A stretch of DNA of 64,000 nt from Cyanophora paradoxa CCMP329 (Eukaryota; Plantae; Glaucophyta). The position numbers and the translations under genes are program-made. Where the stretch lies: positions 485,154-549,153 of the forward strand of contig QPMI01000066.1 in assembly GCA_004431415.1 (NCBI GenBank). Reading direction: 5' to 3'. Within the stretch, counting starts at the first letter, position 1; each line of letters starts with the position of its first letter. Below, in pieces: positions 48,201 through 61,400 of this stretch. The notes under the pieces were generated by a model that was not told where the DNA came from, did no database searches, and saw only the letters and a list, made by a program, of their open reading frames with translations.

Positions 48201-51200
48201 CGTCAAGGAAGAACTCGTACCTGTACCCCACCGCTCGATGAGGGGGGTACAGGAAAGGCAAGACGGTGAGCAAGGCCCGAGCGCACCGGTACTCGCCAGG
48301 GTACGTCCACACGCCGTCCTTGACCGTCGCAGCGGTCGCCTCGCCGCTCGGGTGCATCGAAGCGTCGTGCACGACGCCCCTGTACCCCCGGGATCAGAAA
48401 AAAGGGTACCCGAGCGAGGGTCGGGAGGGGGGTACCGCCGAACGCGGAGGAGCCCGTCGGCGTCGTAGACGTTCACGAGGAGGATTCCGCGGCCCTTGCA
48501 GCGCGCGATCTGGGGGGTACAGGTTGGCGGGGGAGGGAAGACAATCGAAGAGGGGTACAGGGCTCGCCTGGAGGATCTCGTTGGGTCGGACGTAGAACTC
48601 GGCGGGGCGGGCGGGGGTGACGGTGCGGGTGTGGCCCCGGGAGAACCGGACGACGCCGGGGGTACTGGAGGAGACGGCGGGGTGCCGGAGGGGCTCGTTC
48701 GGGTCGCGCGCGGCGGGCGCGGCGTCCCGCGCGGCGCCGTCGGCCCCGAGCGCCGCTGGGAACATGTACTTGTACAGATCGAAGTACCGAGCCTCGGCCT
48801 TCACGCCCTCCAAGCTGTGGGGCCGCATAAACAAAACGAAACAGAAGGAAGGGGACCCGGCCGGATTCGAACCTGACGTCCCGCCGGACGACGACGTGCC
48901 CCTCGCGGCAGAAGTCGAGGAGCAGAGCAAAGTAGCGCGGGTTCCGGTCGAAGAAGACGTGCTTCCCGGACGGCTTCTTGTTCCCGTTTGCGTCGCGGTT
49001 CTCGTCGGGCGCCTCGCAGAGCAGCCGGTACAGCAGGCTGTCGGGGTACCGCCTGAAGATCGCCGGGTCCACCTTGAACTCGGTACCCCCCACGTCCAGC
49101 ACAACGGTCGGATCGACCTTCGCGTCGCGGCCTCCAACGGGCTTCCCGCTCGTCTGGGGGTACGTCAGAGGGGGTGCGGGTCGGGAGGGCGGTGGGGTAC
49201 GGAGATTCGCGCCTGGACGATTGGAGAGGGATCGATGCGGAGGAACTCGCGGTACGCCGGAAGGGCCGCGAGGCTGGGGATACGGGTTACGGGGCGGCGG
49301 GAGGGGTACGCAGGGCGACGCACGAGGGGGGTAGGATCGGCTGCGCCCGCTCCGCCTCGCGGACCCGGGGTTGCTCGCGGGGGTACGGGTATCCGTACGA
49401 GTCTCCGTACGGGTCGGAGCGGAGGGGTGGGTACGCAGCCGCCTGGCCTCCAGGGAAGGCGGGCTCGCCGGTCGGGGGGTAGCTGGAGGGGGGGTACAGG
49501 GCCTGCGGAACCCCGCGGGAGGCGACGCCGGGGCCTGCAGCACGCTTCAGAGGACGACGCGGGGACGGTCCGAGGGGGGTACGGAGGCCGCACCGCCGGC
49601 CGGGGGGTACCGGGGCGCAAAGGCGAGGGATACGCGGCACTCGCCGATGACGGCGTCCTTCCGGAGGGAAAAGAGCGACGCCCACTGCTCCACCTGCGCG
49701 AGCGGGCGTCGGTCCCTTTTCGGGGGGGGGGGGGGGGAATAGATTTGGATGGGGTTCGCGAATTCCGGACCTTGCGGTCGCCGGCGTCGAGGGCGAGTCG
49801 GGAGAGGGCTACAGCGGCCTCCCCGATCGTCTGCTCGGGGCCCCCCATGATCGACTCCAGCGCCTGCGGAGGGGTACATTGTTAGGCGGGAGGGGTACGG
49901 AATCTGGGCTGCGCGCTCGCCTGGAGGTGCAAGACGCCGTCCAGGGGCACCGAGTAGACATCGCTGGGGTACGACATCAGAGAAAAATGGAAGGCGGGCT
50001 GGGCGGGGGTACAGGGACGCACAAGTCGACGGCCTGGTACCAGGCCAGGCGCTGCTCGGTGGGGGTACCGACGGGGAGGGCCTCTGTGCGGGAGCAGAAC
50101 TCGCCGTGGCGCAGCATGATCGCCAGGGTGCGGGGTACGCGGTCCCGCTCCACGGGCAGGAAGCCGCGCCCCTCGAATACTGGGAGGGGGGTACGGAGTG
50201 AGGCGGGGCCGAAAAGTGGGGCCGCGGGGATCCGAACCCTCGACGCGGAGCGTGCCCTTCGGCTCGCCGCGCGGCAGCGGCGGGAGGGACGGCATAGCGT
50301 AAGCCCCGCCGGCCGGGGGGTACCCGTAAGCCGGGGGGTACGCCGGGGCGAACTGGCGCTGCGCGTCGCTGTACGGCGGGTAGCCGGAGGGGTACGGCTG
50401 CTGCGGGTAGGGCTGCTGCGGGTAGGGAGCGGCGGCGGGGTACGCGGCTGCGTCGGGGCGGAAGCTGAAACGGAGGAGGATCTCGCCCGAGACCTGTTCC
50501 CCGGCCCTGTCTCGGCGGGGGACGACCCTTCAAAAAGGGGGTACACGAAATTGCGCACGGCGAGGCCACGGGTCGAGGAGGAGAGGGGTATCCAGCGCTC
50601 GGTCCGGGGTTCCCTGGAGAGCAGATCCCCGAGGCTGACGCGGGCCTCTCCCAGGTAGTCGTCCCTGTACCCCCCGACAGCGCTCAGCGTTCCGCTGTAC
50701 CCTGCTAGAGGGGGGTACGGGGCTGCACTTTTTGAGGGCGTCACGGTCCATGACGCGGATGAGGAGCGGCTCGGCGTTGTTCTGAAGGCGGTACGAGAAT
50801 CTGCGGAGGGTACGGGGGTGTCGAGCGCGGTCCGGTCGCTTCGTTCGCAGCAAACTGACCGCTCGTTCCAGACGGGGCTGAGCGTGTTGGGCTGTACCCG
50901 CGTCTGGCTCGCCTCCCGCCCCAGCGACAGTAGAACGTACGGGTCCGCGTAGCCTGCAGCCGGACGGGCGCTCAGGGGGGGGAAGAAGGCTCGGGGGGTA
51001 CCGATACGCACCGTTGATGTCGGCGACGCGGAGCCCGCGGGCCTGTACGACCTCAACGTCGAGTGTACCCGTCAGGCCGGGCCCCACAGCAGCCGCCGCC
51101 GCCGGCTGCGCTCCGGGCGGGGGCGGCTGCCCGGGCGAGAACGAGATCGCGAGGTGCACGTGGCCCGTGGCCCGGACCCGCTGGTCGCTGGAGGCGAGGG

Positions 51201-54200
51201 GGAACCAGCTGTCCACTCGGGCCTGCTGGAACAGGGGTAGGGCATTCGGGTCCACTGAGGCCTCCCCGAGGTACTCGGCCGCGTCCCGCCCGTCCCGGCC
51301 CCTGCCGGGCGCGCGCGCTGGGTGAGATCGGGCACCGAGCTCCCGCGCGGGGTACAATGTTTCAAGCGCACCGGTAGGCCCCACTGACGACGAGGCGGAG
51401 CACTCCGAAGCGCTCCACGACGGGGCTGCGGGCCGGGCTCGAGGGGAGGGGGGAATGAACGGGGCGGGGGTACGCGGACAAGCTGAAGATGTCCTCGAAG
51501 ATGGCGACAGCCTCCGTGGGTCCCGCGCGCCCGATGCGGCCGGTCTGCGGGGGGTACGCCGGCGCGGGCTGCGGGGGGTACCCGACCGCCTGCGGGGGCG
51601 GCGGCGCCTTGTACTCCGCTGTCGTGTAGACGCCCCAGGCACGGGCGTCGGGGCCTGCCGGGCGGCGTCAAGTTGGGCCCAAGTGGGCTTCGGAAGCGAG
51701 GCGGTACCCCGGGAGGCCAGGACGTCACGGGTCTCGAGAACGGCCACGGAGAGGGTACCGTAGATCGGACCGCGCGGGGCCGCAGGGGCGGCCGCAAGCT
51801 GGGACCGGGAAGCATCGCCGGGTACGGGCCCCGCCACGGCTGCTGCTCTCTTCGGCTCGTAGCGTACCCCCAGCGTCAGGGTACCCGAGACTTTCTCCCC
51901 CCGGTTCTCCGGGCCCGCCACCACCTGCAACGCAGCATAAATGATCCGGGGGCGTACGGCGCGCCGCGGCCGGGGTACCTGGTTCTCGACGGTGACGCCG
52001 TCGGGCCGCTGGGCGATCTGCATAGCCGCCAGGTCCAACTGGACCTCGCCCCTGCCGGCCGCACGGCTCAAACGGGGTACGCGTATTCCGGGGGAGGGGG
52101 TACAGCGCTCGCGCACATGTACTCGTCGCGCCCGATGAAGTCCTTGTCAAAGATCGTTACCTGCATGGGGCGGGTCGCCGGGGGTGAGGGGGAGAAAAGC
52201 GACGGGGGTACGGGAATCTCGCCTTCAGGGCCCTCAGGTCTTCGGATCGAATGTTTTCGTACGTTATGGACTCGTTCCAGTCGGGGTCCAGTGTCTTGTT
52301 CTTGACTGCAGCGAAATTGAGCGAGGCCGGTACCCGGGCACTTTAAGGGAGGGGTGTAGAACGCACCGGAGCTCTTCTTCTCGACTCCCTTGAAGCTCAC
52401 GATGCAGTACGGGTCTGACTTGCCTGCCGCCCGTGGGTCGTGAGGGGGCGGGCGAGGGGTACGAGGGTCAAGGAGGGGAGGGGGAGGGGGATACCGCACC
52501 GTTCATATCGCGGGAGACGAGGCCGCGTCCGCGTACGACTGCGCCGAAAAATCAGGCTGGGTAGAGAGGGTCCAGCGGGCCGCGTGCACCAGTGACGACC
52601 AGGTTGCCCTCAGTGGGCCCTCCCGCCCCCACCGCCGGCGCGGCGGGCTGCCCATAGGCTCCGTACGAGGAAGCCGAGGCCCCGTACCCCTGCTGGGAGT
52701 ACGACGACGTCGCCGACGTCGCCGCCGGCTGGGTGTACCCCGCCGTTGAGCTCGGCTGGCTGTACGCGGCCTGCCCGTAGCTGGCCTGGGTCTGCGTCTG
52801 GTAGCTGGGCTGGCTCTGGGGCGCCGCGTGCGGCTGCTGCGGCTGCGGCTGCGCGGCCGGCGGGGCACCGTCCGGAACAAAGGTAAGGCCCAGCCGAAGC
52901 GTGCCCTTGACCTCCTCGTCACGGTACTCCGGCTCCGGCCCGTGGCCCAGCTGCCCACCCGGCGGTCAGGCCGAGAAGAAGAGGAAAGGGGCCCCGCCGG
53001 GTTCGAACCTGGAACTCGTGCGTGAGGTGGTACCCTTCGTACTTCAGGAGATTCGCGAGGTCCACAGTGACCTCCCCCCTGACAAAAAAAAGTCCGTCAG
53101 GCCTCGGGTTCCGATCGAGGGGGCGGGCGCTCGCGGCCCGCACATGTAGTCGTTCTTCAGCTTGTCCTGGTCAAACATGACCACCTGAAGAAGAAAGGCA
53201 GAACGATTAGAAGAACAGACTCGACAAAGAACAGATTCTATTAGAGAGGACCTTGAGGCTTCCGATGCGGTCCGCGCGCTCCACGGGGAAGTCGAAGTCC
53301 TCGTTCCACACCGGGTTCAGCTGCGAACGAAGTCACGCATGTACCCCCGCCCAGCGCTCGAGTTAAAGCACGCGCGCGGCGCCGCGCACGTTCTTGTCAA
53401 TGACCTTGCTCTTCTTCTGCGCGCCGGCGTAGTGGAGGATGCAGAAGGGGTCGCTCAGGCCTGCCCGGGGGGTGAGGGGTTAAAGGGGGGAGGAGTGAGG
53501 GGGGGGTACGTGAAATCGCACCGTTGAGGTCCTTTGCGGCGAGTCCGCGGCCCTCTAGGAGCTGCGGGGGGTTTGGTGTGGGCGCCGGGGGGCGAGGGGG
53601 CGGGCGGCCGGCCGGGCGGAAGGAGGGGGGTAGAGGCACCTTGACTCGGAGCCAGCCGCGCCCGGTGGGTACGGGCCGCGCGGAGGCCGCAGTGCCCAGT
53701 GTACCCGTGGATCCTGCCTCGGAGCTCCGCCGCACTGCGCGCCCATGGATAAGCGGGGGCCCGGGCCTGGGCGCCGCGGAGAAGGTGGCGCGGACCGTCT
53801 GGCAGGAACTCGAGCTCGAGGAGCAGCTCGCCCGCGCGGCCGCGGCTCTTGTCTTGCATGGGGTACCACGCGCTCCGCGCCGAGCCGCCGGCCAGAAGCG
53901 TGTCGATGTCGACCTCCACCTCGCCCTGCGGCGGCCGGCGCTCGCGCGGCGCCGGGGCGGCCGCGCTGCCAGGGAAGGAAGCACGCGCCATGTACTCGTC
54001 CTTGAAGACTTTGTTCTTGTCGAACATCTCAAAGCGCAGCTTGCGGACCTTGTCATCCCGCACGGCGCTGAACGGCCCGCGCCGTCAGCTCTGCCCGCGC
54101 CGCAGCGGAGCGGCGGAGGGCGGGCGCACAAGTCGAACGCGGCGCTCCACTTGGGCCTGAGCGTCTTCTCGATCACCTGCGTCTTCCGCTCCTCCGCGCC

Positions 54201-54430
54201 GAAGAGCACCTTCACGTACGGGTCGGACGTGCCTGCGCGGGCGCGGCGCTCAGCGGGAGCCGGCCAGGCTTAGCTGGGGCTAGCAGGGCACCGCCGCTGT
54301 CCTTAGCGGGCACATCCCTCGCCTCCACCACTGCGGGCGGCCGTTAGCTCTGTTCTCCGACACAGGCCCGCGCTGCCGAGCCGCCAGCGCCGCTCGGACC
54401 TCTCACGATGAGCTTTCCCGTGGGAGCCAT
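45242..54430 (-). CDS. Large multi-C2-domain protein with an internal KCTD/T1-type BTB domain
   Basis: Repeated C2 signatures (TSDPYVKV, LSDPFC..LNPVWNEDF, KSDPYC, ADPYV..TLSPVWNE, EYMGEV, DYLGEA). BTB segment VVLDVGGTEF..YPDSLL..FFDRNPRYFALLLDFCREG..EARYFDL. A final C2 follows a low-complexity linker. ATG (MAPTGKLIVR) at 54430. Confidence 0.75.
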
Positions 54431-54662
54431 CTCTCTGCTGTTAGCTGGCAGCACTGGAAACTTCGACGCTGGCCGCCGAGCGCCGTCGAGCGCCGCCTAG
54501 CTTCGCGCTCTAGCCGAGTTCCACTAGCGCTAACTCGTGGTCCTCTGCAACTAGAGGGCGCTCTCCGGCATCCTTGGCTGTGCGAGGAGGCCGCAATTTC
54601 AAACCGGCCAGGAAGCCGCGGAAAGGGGGTACAGAGAAATAGGCTGCGCTGGACGTCGACGT

Positions 54663-56254
54663 ATGGAAGTCCGCCTCCTCCTCTCGTGGGCGGCGCGAAT
54701 CGCGGGCGGCGGTGTGCCGTCGCTTGAGGAGGTCTCCGCGTCCCTTTACTCACAGGAGGACCTCGACGCGAGCGCGTGCGCCTCCAGCGAGGCGCTGGAC
54801 GCCTGGCGGCGCACGGGAGACGCGCCTTTCGACGACATACTGCAGCATGGCGACATTCCAGCGCACGGCCGCGGCCGCGGGGCGCTGGAGGAGCTGGAGC
54901 AGGCGCTGGAGGCGGCCGAGGGCGAGCCGCGTGCTCGGCTGCAGCGCGCGCTCGACGCGCTGCGGCCGGCGCCCGAGGACGACGACGCGGGCACGCGCCT
55001 GGGGCGAGAGCTGTTCCTGTCCAACGCGGCCCTCTGCTCCGGCCTCCTCTTCTGTGGATCACTCCCCTTCTCGTACACCGCTTCCGCCGGCGCCGCCGTT
55101 CTCGCCGGTACGGGTCGCATGTCTCGCGTGGCCGTCCGCCGGCGCCTCTTCGAGACCACCCAGGTCCGCGGCGCTTCCCCCGCGCGCTCTCGGCTCTCAC
55201 CCCCGCCTCGCAGTTCGTGCACGCGGTGATGACGAGCGGCGTGGCGCCGGGCTCGGCGGGGCACGCGGCGCTCGCGGACACGCGCCTCATGCACGCGCGC
55301 GTCCGGCACCGCCTCCGCCGCTCGGGCCGCTGGGACGAGGCAGCGCTGGGGGTACCGATCAACCAGGAGGACATGGCGGGTACCCTGTTCGTCTTCTGCG
55401 GCCTCATCGCCCTCGGTCTCCGAGCCCTCGGCGCCTCCGTACGGCCGCCCGATCCGCCCCGTGCTCCCTCTCCTTTCCTGACGCGTACCCCCCTCAGGTA
55501 TCGAGGGAGGAGGAGGAATCGTATGTGGCGCTCTGGAGGGCGGCGGGAAGGGTACTGGGCGTGGTCCCCGATCTCCTCCCCCGCTCCCCGCGCCACCACT
55601 TCGCACTCGGGTACCCCAGACTGACCTTTCCTGTACCCCCGTGCGGCTCCGCTCACGTGTCTCCGCAGCCGCACGATTGCCGTCCGGCAGTGCAAGCCCG
55701 GCCCCGTCGGTCAGAAGGTGCGGTTCCGGATTATTTAGTGTACCCCCCTTGACCCTGAACGCGCGTGTACCCCCAGTTGGCGTCGGACCTCTTCGCGGCC
55801 TTCGACCGCACGTGGCCGGGATTCCTCCCCGCCGAGGCCTCCCATCAGGTACCCCCGCCCGGCTCCCCCCTCCCCCCCCTCGAATCTCCGACTACCCCCC
55901 TTCTACTCCCCGGGGCAGCTCTGCCGGAGCCTGCTGGGGCCCGATCTAGCCGACGGCCTCGGCCTCCAGAGGAGCGCGAGGTCCGCGCGCGCCCGTACCC
56001 CCCTCCGAATCCTTCGTTCGCGTACCCCCTCCCGATCCGATCCCCTGGCTCGCAGGTGGGCGCTGCTCTGGGCCGCGGCGCGCCTCGCGACGCGGGCGCT
56101 CTCCCTCCTGCGGCGGTGTACCCCCCGCTGGCGGGCGTGGCGGGTGGAGCGGGGGGCGAGGGGGATGGAGAGGGTCTGGAGGGGGGGACTGGAGCGGGAG
56201 GTTCCCCCCAAGGCCGACGTCGACGGCGCCCCCGCGGCCGCCTGCCCTTTCTAG
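54663..56254 (+). CDS. ER-bound oxygenase mpaB / latex-clearing-protein-like (DUF2236) heme protein; 3' end approximate
   Basis: SLPFSY..VLAGTGRM..RRLFETTQFV..RLMHARVR..WDEAALGVPINQEDMAGT..YVALWRAAGRVLGV. Probable end AAACPF*. Confidence 0.82.
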
Positions 56255-56495
56255 CCTACACGTAACATACCGTTATCTTGGCCGATCGCGATCTCTGTAC
56301 GCATACAAGTCACTGTAATTATGCCTTACAGAAACCAGAGGCTGGCCTATAATCGTACTTGATCGCTCTTGTACTATGCCTTATGCCTTCTTACGTACTT
56401 GATCGCTCTGCTCAGAATCGATACATCGCTCGGCCAGACGCTGTAAAGTAAAGTGACCAGTACTGTAATTATGCTTTACAGGAACCAGAGGCTGT

Positions 56496-58137
56496 CTAGA
56501 AGTAGGAGAGGGGGGCCTCCTCCTCCGGCGGCGGCGCCGCGCTGTAGTCCAGTTCGATGCGGGCGTGGGCCGCCGCGGCGGAGCCCGAGCGGGGCACGGA
56601 GAGCCCGAGGTTCAGCCGCGGCGCCGGCACGCAGGCCCTCGCCGGGCCCTCGGCCGCCAGCTCCGGCAGCGGGTGCGGCAGCGGCGGTACGTCCCTCCTA
56701 GCCAGTCCAGGCGGCCGCGCCGATCGTGAGTGATGGAGGGGCGGAAACCAAGGAGAGTGGAGGGGTGGGGTACCGCGTGAGGTTCGTGCGGAAGAGGGCG
56801 ACGCGGTCTACCCCCGGCAGCGCCTCGTACCGGAAGGAGAGCACAGCCACTGCGTCGGCAAGGCGGGGTACAGCGTAAGAAGAGGGGTTGGGGGTAATGC
56901 GGGGTAGGCGGAGTACCGTTGGATCCTGGGGTCTTAGAGAACGCGTCCATGAGGGTGGGGGGAACCTACACGCGGGGGGTACGTCAGACAAGCGGCAGGG
57001 GCGCGGGGGGTACGGGCGCCGGACCTCAACACCGAAGCCGGCGAGGAGGGAGGCTAGGTCGGTCATATGGCGCCCGACGTCCGGACTGCGGGAGGGGGGT
57101 ACGTGATTTGGGACGCGTGGGGGAAGAGACGAAGGAGGGTGGCAAGCGCACGGGAGGGTATAGTAAAGCTCGAGAGCGTTGGAAAGAAGGTCGAGGGATA
57201 CCATAAAGAGCGGCCCGAGGCGGCCGCCGCCGTCGAAAGAGGCAAGGGACGGGGGTACGTAGTCGAGCTCAAGGAGCCGCCGCTCCTGACCGGGGGGTAC
57301 CTCGAGGAAGACGCGGGAAAGGCCCTTCACGGAGTCGAACTCGGCGCCCCCGCCCGACACCTCCAACTGCATGCAGATGATGCGGAGAACTTCAGGGGGT
57401 ACGGGACTAGAGCGGATCGAAAGGAGGTACACGGGGGTACACGCACGTCGCGGAGGAGGCGGGGGGCGGCCTGCGCCGCCTCGCTGCCGGCGGCCTGCTC
57501 CGAGAGGAGTCCTGCCAGCGCGCAGACCGCTGTGGGCGGCTCCCGCGGAGGCCCGCAAGACGACTGCAGGACGATCAGACGGGGCGAGATCAAATTCTGG
57601 AATGGGTTCGCGAACCCTAAGGAATCGGTACGAGAGCGCCGCGGGACGGCCCGTCGCGAGGGCGACCTGCACGAAGCCCTTCTGGAAGTCTTGAGCGAAG
57701 GCGTTCAGGCTAGCGTTCAGCATCTGGAGCGGGGAGTGAGTCAGGCGGAGCGGGCGCACACGATCTGCGCCCCGAGTGCGCGAGGGCGCACCGTCTTCGA
57801 GGGAGAGACGTCCGCGAGCTGAGCGAAGTGCAGAACGTCGCGCTTGAAGCGTTCCGCATCGAATGGCCTCGACTGCGCGCGCCCGATGTGAGCTCGAGGA
57901 CGGCGAGCAGCATCGGCGGGCGCCGGCGGCAGCGCGCACGGGTTGCGACGCCTGCGATGCGCAGCCAGCGCCGAAGGACGTCGGGATGCAGGCGGTGGCG
58001 TCGGCGGCCCCGCGCTCGGCTTCGGTCCGCTCGAGGAGCTGCTGCAAGCGGTTGACGCGGCGGGCGATGCCGTCCACCTTCAACGCCGCCGCCTCGTACA
58101 TCTGCCGCTCCGTCGCGGAGCTCGTCCCCTGTCCCAT
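56496..58137 (-). CDS. Unknown multi-exon protein with N-myristoylation-like start and coiled coil
   Basis: MGQGTS start, a coiled-coil-like first exon, coding-like segments between C-rich introns, and a last exon ending EAPLSYF*. Confidence 0.5.
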
Positions 58138-58446
58138 CGGCCTGCAGCTGGCTGTGCTGCGCGAGGTCGGGCGGCGTGGCTGCGAGCTCGAGCTCGATGG
58201 CCTGCGGTCCCTGGCTGCGCCCGGCCGACGAGCCCGCTAAGATGCGTCGTTCGAGCGCTAACGGAGGGGTGCTGGGGGACGAGCCGCGGACACACACAGC
58301 GGGGCCACCTGTACCCCTAGTCCTGCAGTCCTGTGACCATGTGGCCGGGCTTTGATCGCCTAGCGAGGCGCTGAGCAGCTGGCCCATGGGCCTTTCGGAT
58401 CCAATTGCAAGCTGAGGAGCTGCGCCGGAGCCCGGCCAGTTCTTCA

Positions 58447-61400
58447 ATGGTGCTCGGGGGCCGGCGCGAGGCGGCCCCCCGTCGCGCGTACGAGGCGAAA
58501 GTGTCGCCTGCAGCTGCAGCTGCCGCCGCCGACGTCGACGCCGATGACCATGCACATGACCAGGAGCTGTCCCCTGGCAGCACCAGCGACCTGGGCGGAG
58601 GCGGAGGCCGCAATTGGACGGCAGGGCGCTCGGTGTCGACGTTGGACATCCCTGCCGATGAGGGAGGAGCTCGAGAGCTAGTGGGGAGCGATGGCGCCGG
58701 CGGCGCGAGGCTTCAGCACGTGAGCGCCGTCGCTCAGCGGGTCTACGGCTTCCCCAGGCGCGCCGGCGCGCTCGCTTCGGGAGCCCGCGCCGCAGTGCAC
58801 GCCAAGCGATCTTCCACGGCCGCAGTGTGAGCCCGCCGGGCGCCGGGCCCCGGCCGTCCGCGCCCGTGCATCTGACCTCGCCCTCTACGTGCCCCGTTGC
58901 GCCTGTCGGCCTTCTCGTGAGCAGATCCACGACACAACAAGTGCGGGTCTACCCCGCGCCGCAGCCCCGCGGCCGGCCCCCAGCCCGGCGCCTCACCCGC
59001 GGTCCGGATCCCTCAGGCCAAAGATGCGGGCGCAAGCATTTGGAAGGGCGTCGCAACGGGAAACCTCGCGATGGTTCGCATCTTCCCACCCACATCCACC
59101 GCACCCCCGTCCCCGCCCCGCCCCCGCGGCCCCTCCCTCCCGCCCCCCCCACCCCCACGCCTCCGTCTAGCCGCTAACCGGGGGGTACAATTAGGTGCGG
59201 GAGCACGTCGAGGATGCCGCGTCACGGGGGCCCACGGGGGCCACGCCGGCCCACGTGCTCCTTCTCCTCCACAAGGGGGCCCACCGCGAGGTGCAGTACC
59301 CCCTTTCCGATCCTTTCCTTTCCCTTTCCGGGGAGAGGTCACGGGTACACAGATCTTGGAGCTCCTCCTCGAGGCCGCTCCCGAGCTCCTCAACGCAACC
59401 GTGACGGGTGCGTCTCCCCAGTACCCCACCAGACCCCTACCCCCATTCAGATTCCCTACCCTAGTACCCAGCCCAGCCTCCTTCCCCCCCCCCTTTCACC
59501 CCCCAAACAAATCACCTTTCGTGCCCACACCCTTGCGCCAGGTAACATGTACGAGGTGAGAGCAACCCCCTCCTTATCCCCCCCCTCCCTCCCTCCCCCC
59601 CCCCCCTCCCCCGCCCAGCCCCGCTCCTCCGTCCCTCCTTCCCCCTAGCTCTGCCCCGCCTCTCCTCCCGCCCTCCGTCCCTCCCCGCGCCCTCCTCTGC
59701 CCCCCCCCCCCCCCCCCCCCGCCCTCCCCTTCAACCCGAATCGGACGGGGCGGGGCAGGGGGAGACCTTGATGCACGTGTGTGCGGTGAACCGAGACGTG
59801 GAGACGCTCTCTTGGCTCCTCTCCCGGCGTGCGCGCCCCGCCCCGCCCCCCCCCCCCCCCCCCCCCGCCCTCCAGGCGAACTGATGTTTCAGTGCCGCTC
59901 AGCCGGCTGCGACGTGGCCTCGCCGCGGGCCACGGGCTCGTTCTTCTCTCCGTCCGGTTCGCTGTACCTGGGCGAGACGGTGCTCGCCTTTGCGGGTGCT
60001 CGCCCCGCCCCGCACCCGCGATTTCTTGTTGATGTTCTCACGCGCGATGTTCTCATCCTGCCCCGCTGGCAGTGTGCCGAAACGATCGGCGAATGGTGCG
60101 CGCCTTTGAGCGACCTCAACCTTCAGCCTCCTCGAGCTAGCCCTGCCGCTCACCTGACTCGGATGCAGGTTGCGGTGCTGCTGGAGAGGGGCGGGGCCGA
60201 CGTGAACGCCGCCGACGGGCACGGCAACACGGCCCTCCACATGGCCGTCATCCACGGCCGGTTCGCCCCGCCCCGTGGCCAGGCCTCTAGGCGATCCCGA
60301 GCCGGCTGCCGCCTGCAGGAGGACCATGTACGATTTCCTGGTCGACCGCTACAAGGCGGACCCGGGTCGGCGCAACAAGATGGGCCTCACCCCGTGCGCC
60401 CTTCAATTTATGGCGGCCCGCGCCGGGCCGGGGGTCCCGCCCGGCCCAGCCGCTCGCACCGGCCTCGACTCGACTCGGCGTGCCCCCGCTGATCCTATGT
60501 ATGGGGCCGCTGCAGGTACCTCCTCTCCGTCCAGCTGGGCAGTGTCGTGCGCCCTGTTACTCCCCCCCCCCCTCCCCCTCCTCCGGCCCCGGGCGACGAG
60601 CCCCCGCAGCGCATGTTCTCGCACATCACCCAGCGGAACAAGGAGGTGAACTGGCGCTTCGGCCCCGTCACGAGGTGAGGTGTACCCCCCGCCGCGATCG
60701 TGATCGCGATCGCCGCCCGCCCCCCCCCTTCGAGTATTAATCCAGTACCCCCACCCGAACCTTCCCCCGCAAGCTACCTCTTCGACCTCACCGAGCTGGA
60801 CAACGCGCGTACCCCGGAGCGCAGCAAGGCGCCCTCAGAGGCTCGTCCCCCCCACCCCCTCTCCCCCTCCCCTCTCTCCTCGACTCATGTGATTATTCGG
60901 GCTCAGGTGAGCGGCCTGGAGCTTGCGGTGCAGGGAGGGCACATCGGCATCCTGAGCGAGGTCGTCTTCCAGCGGATCCTGGTTCGAATCCGCGCCGTGC
61001 AGTTTGCGACGACGTCGCCGACACGTACGCGTACCCCCCTCCAGGAGGGCAAGTGGCGCACCTTCGCGCGCCGCTTTCTCCTCGTCTGGTTCCTCTTCGG
61101 TGCGCGCGCGCGCGCCGTCGGCTGCCCTCGCGATCGCCGTAGACTGCGCTCGCCAACGATGTACCCCTCAGATGTCTTCGCCATCGTTGCCTTTGGGGTC
61201 TCGGCAAGCCTCCGGAGCGACCCTTCCTGCTGCTTGGTGCGCGCGCGCGCGCCGTAGCCCCGCTCTAGATAGAGGATCCGCTCCCTCCTCCCACGCCCTC
61301 CGCGGCTCGCTCACAATGTACATGTACCCCCGCGGCCCGAAGGACGGGACGGCCTTGTGCGACAGCTGCGGGCCGGAGCTCCGTGCGAGGTAAAGATATA

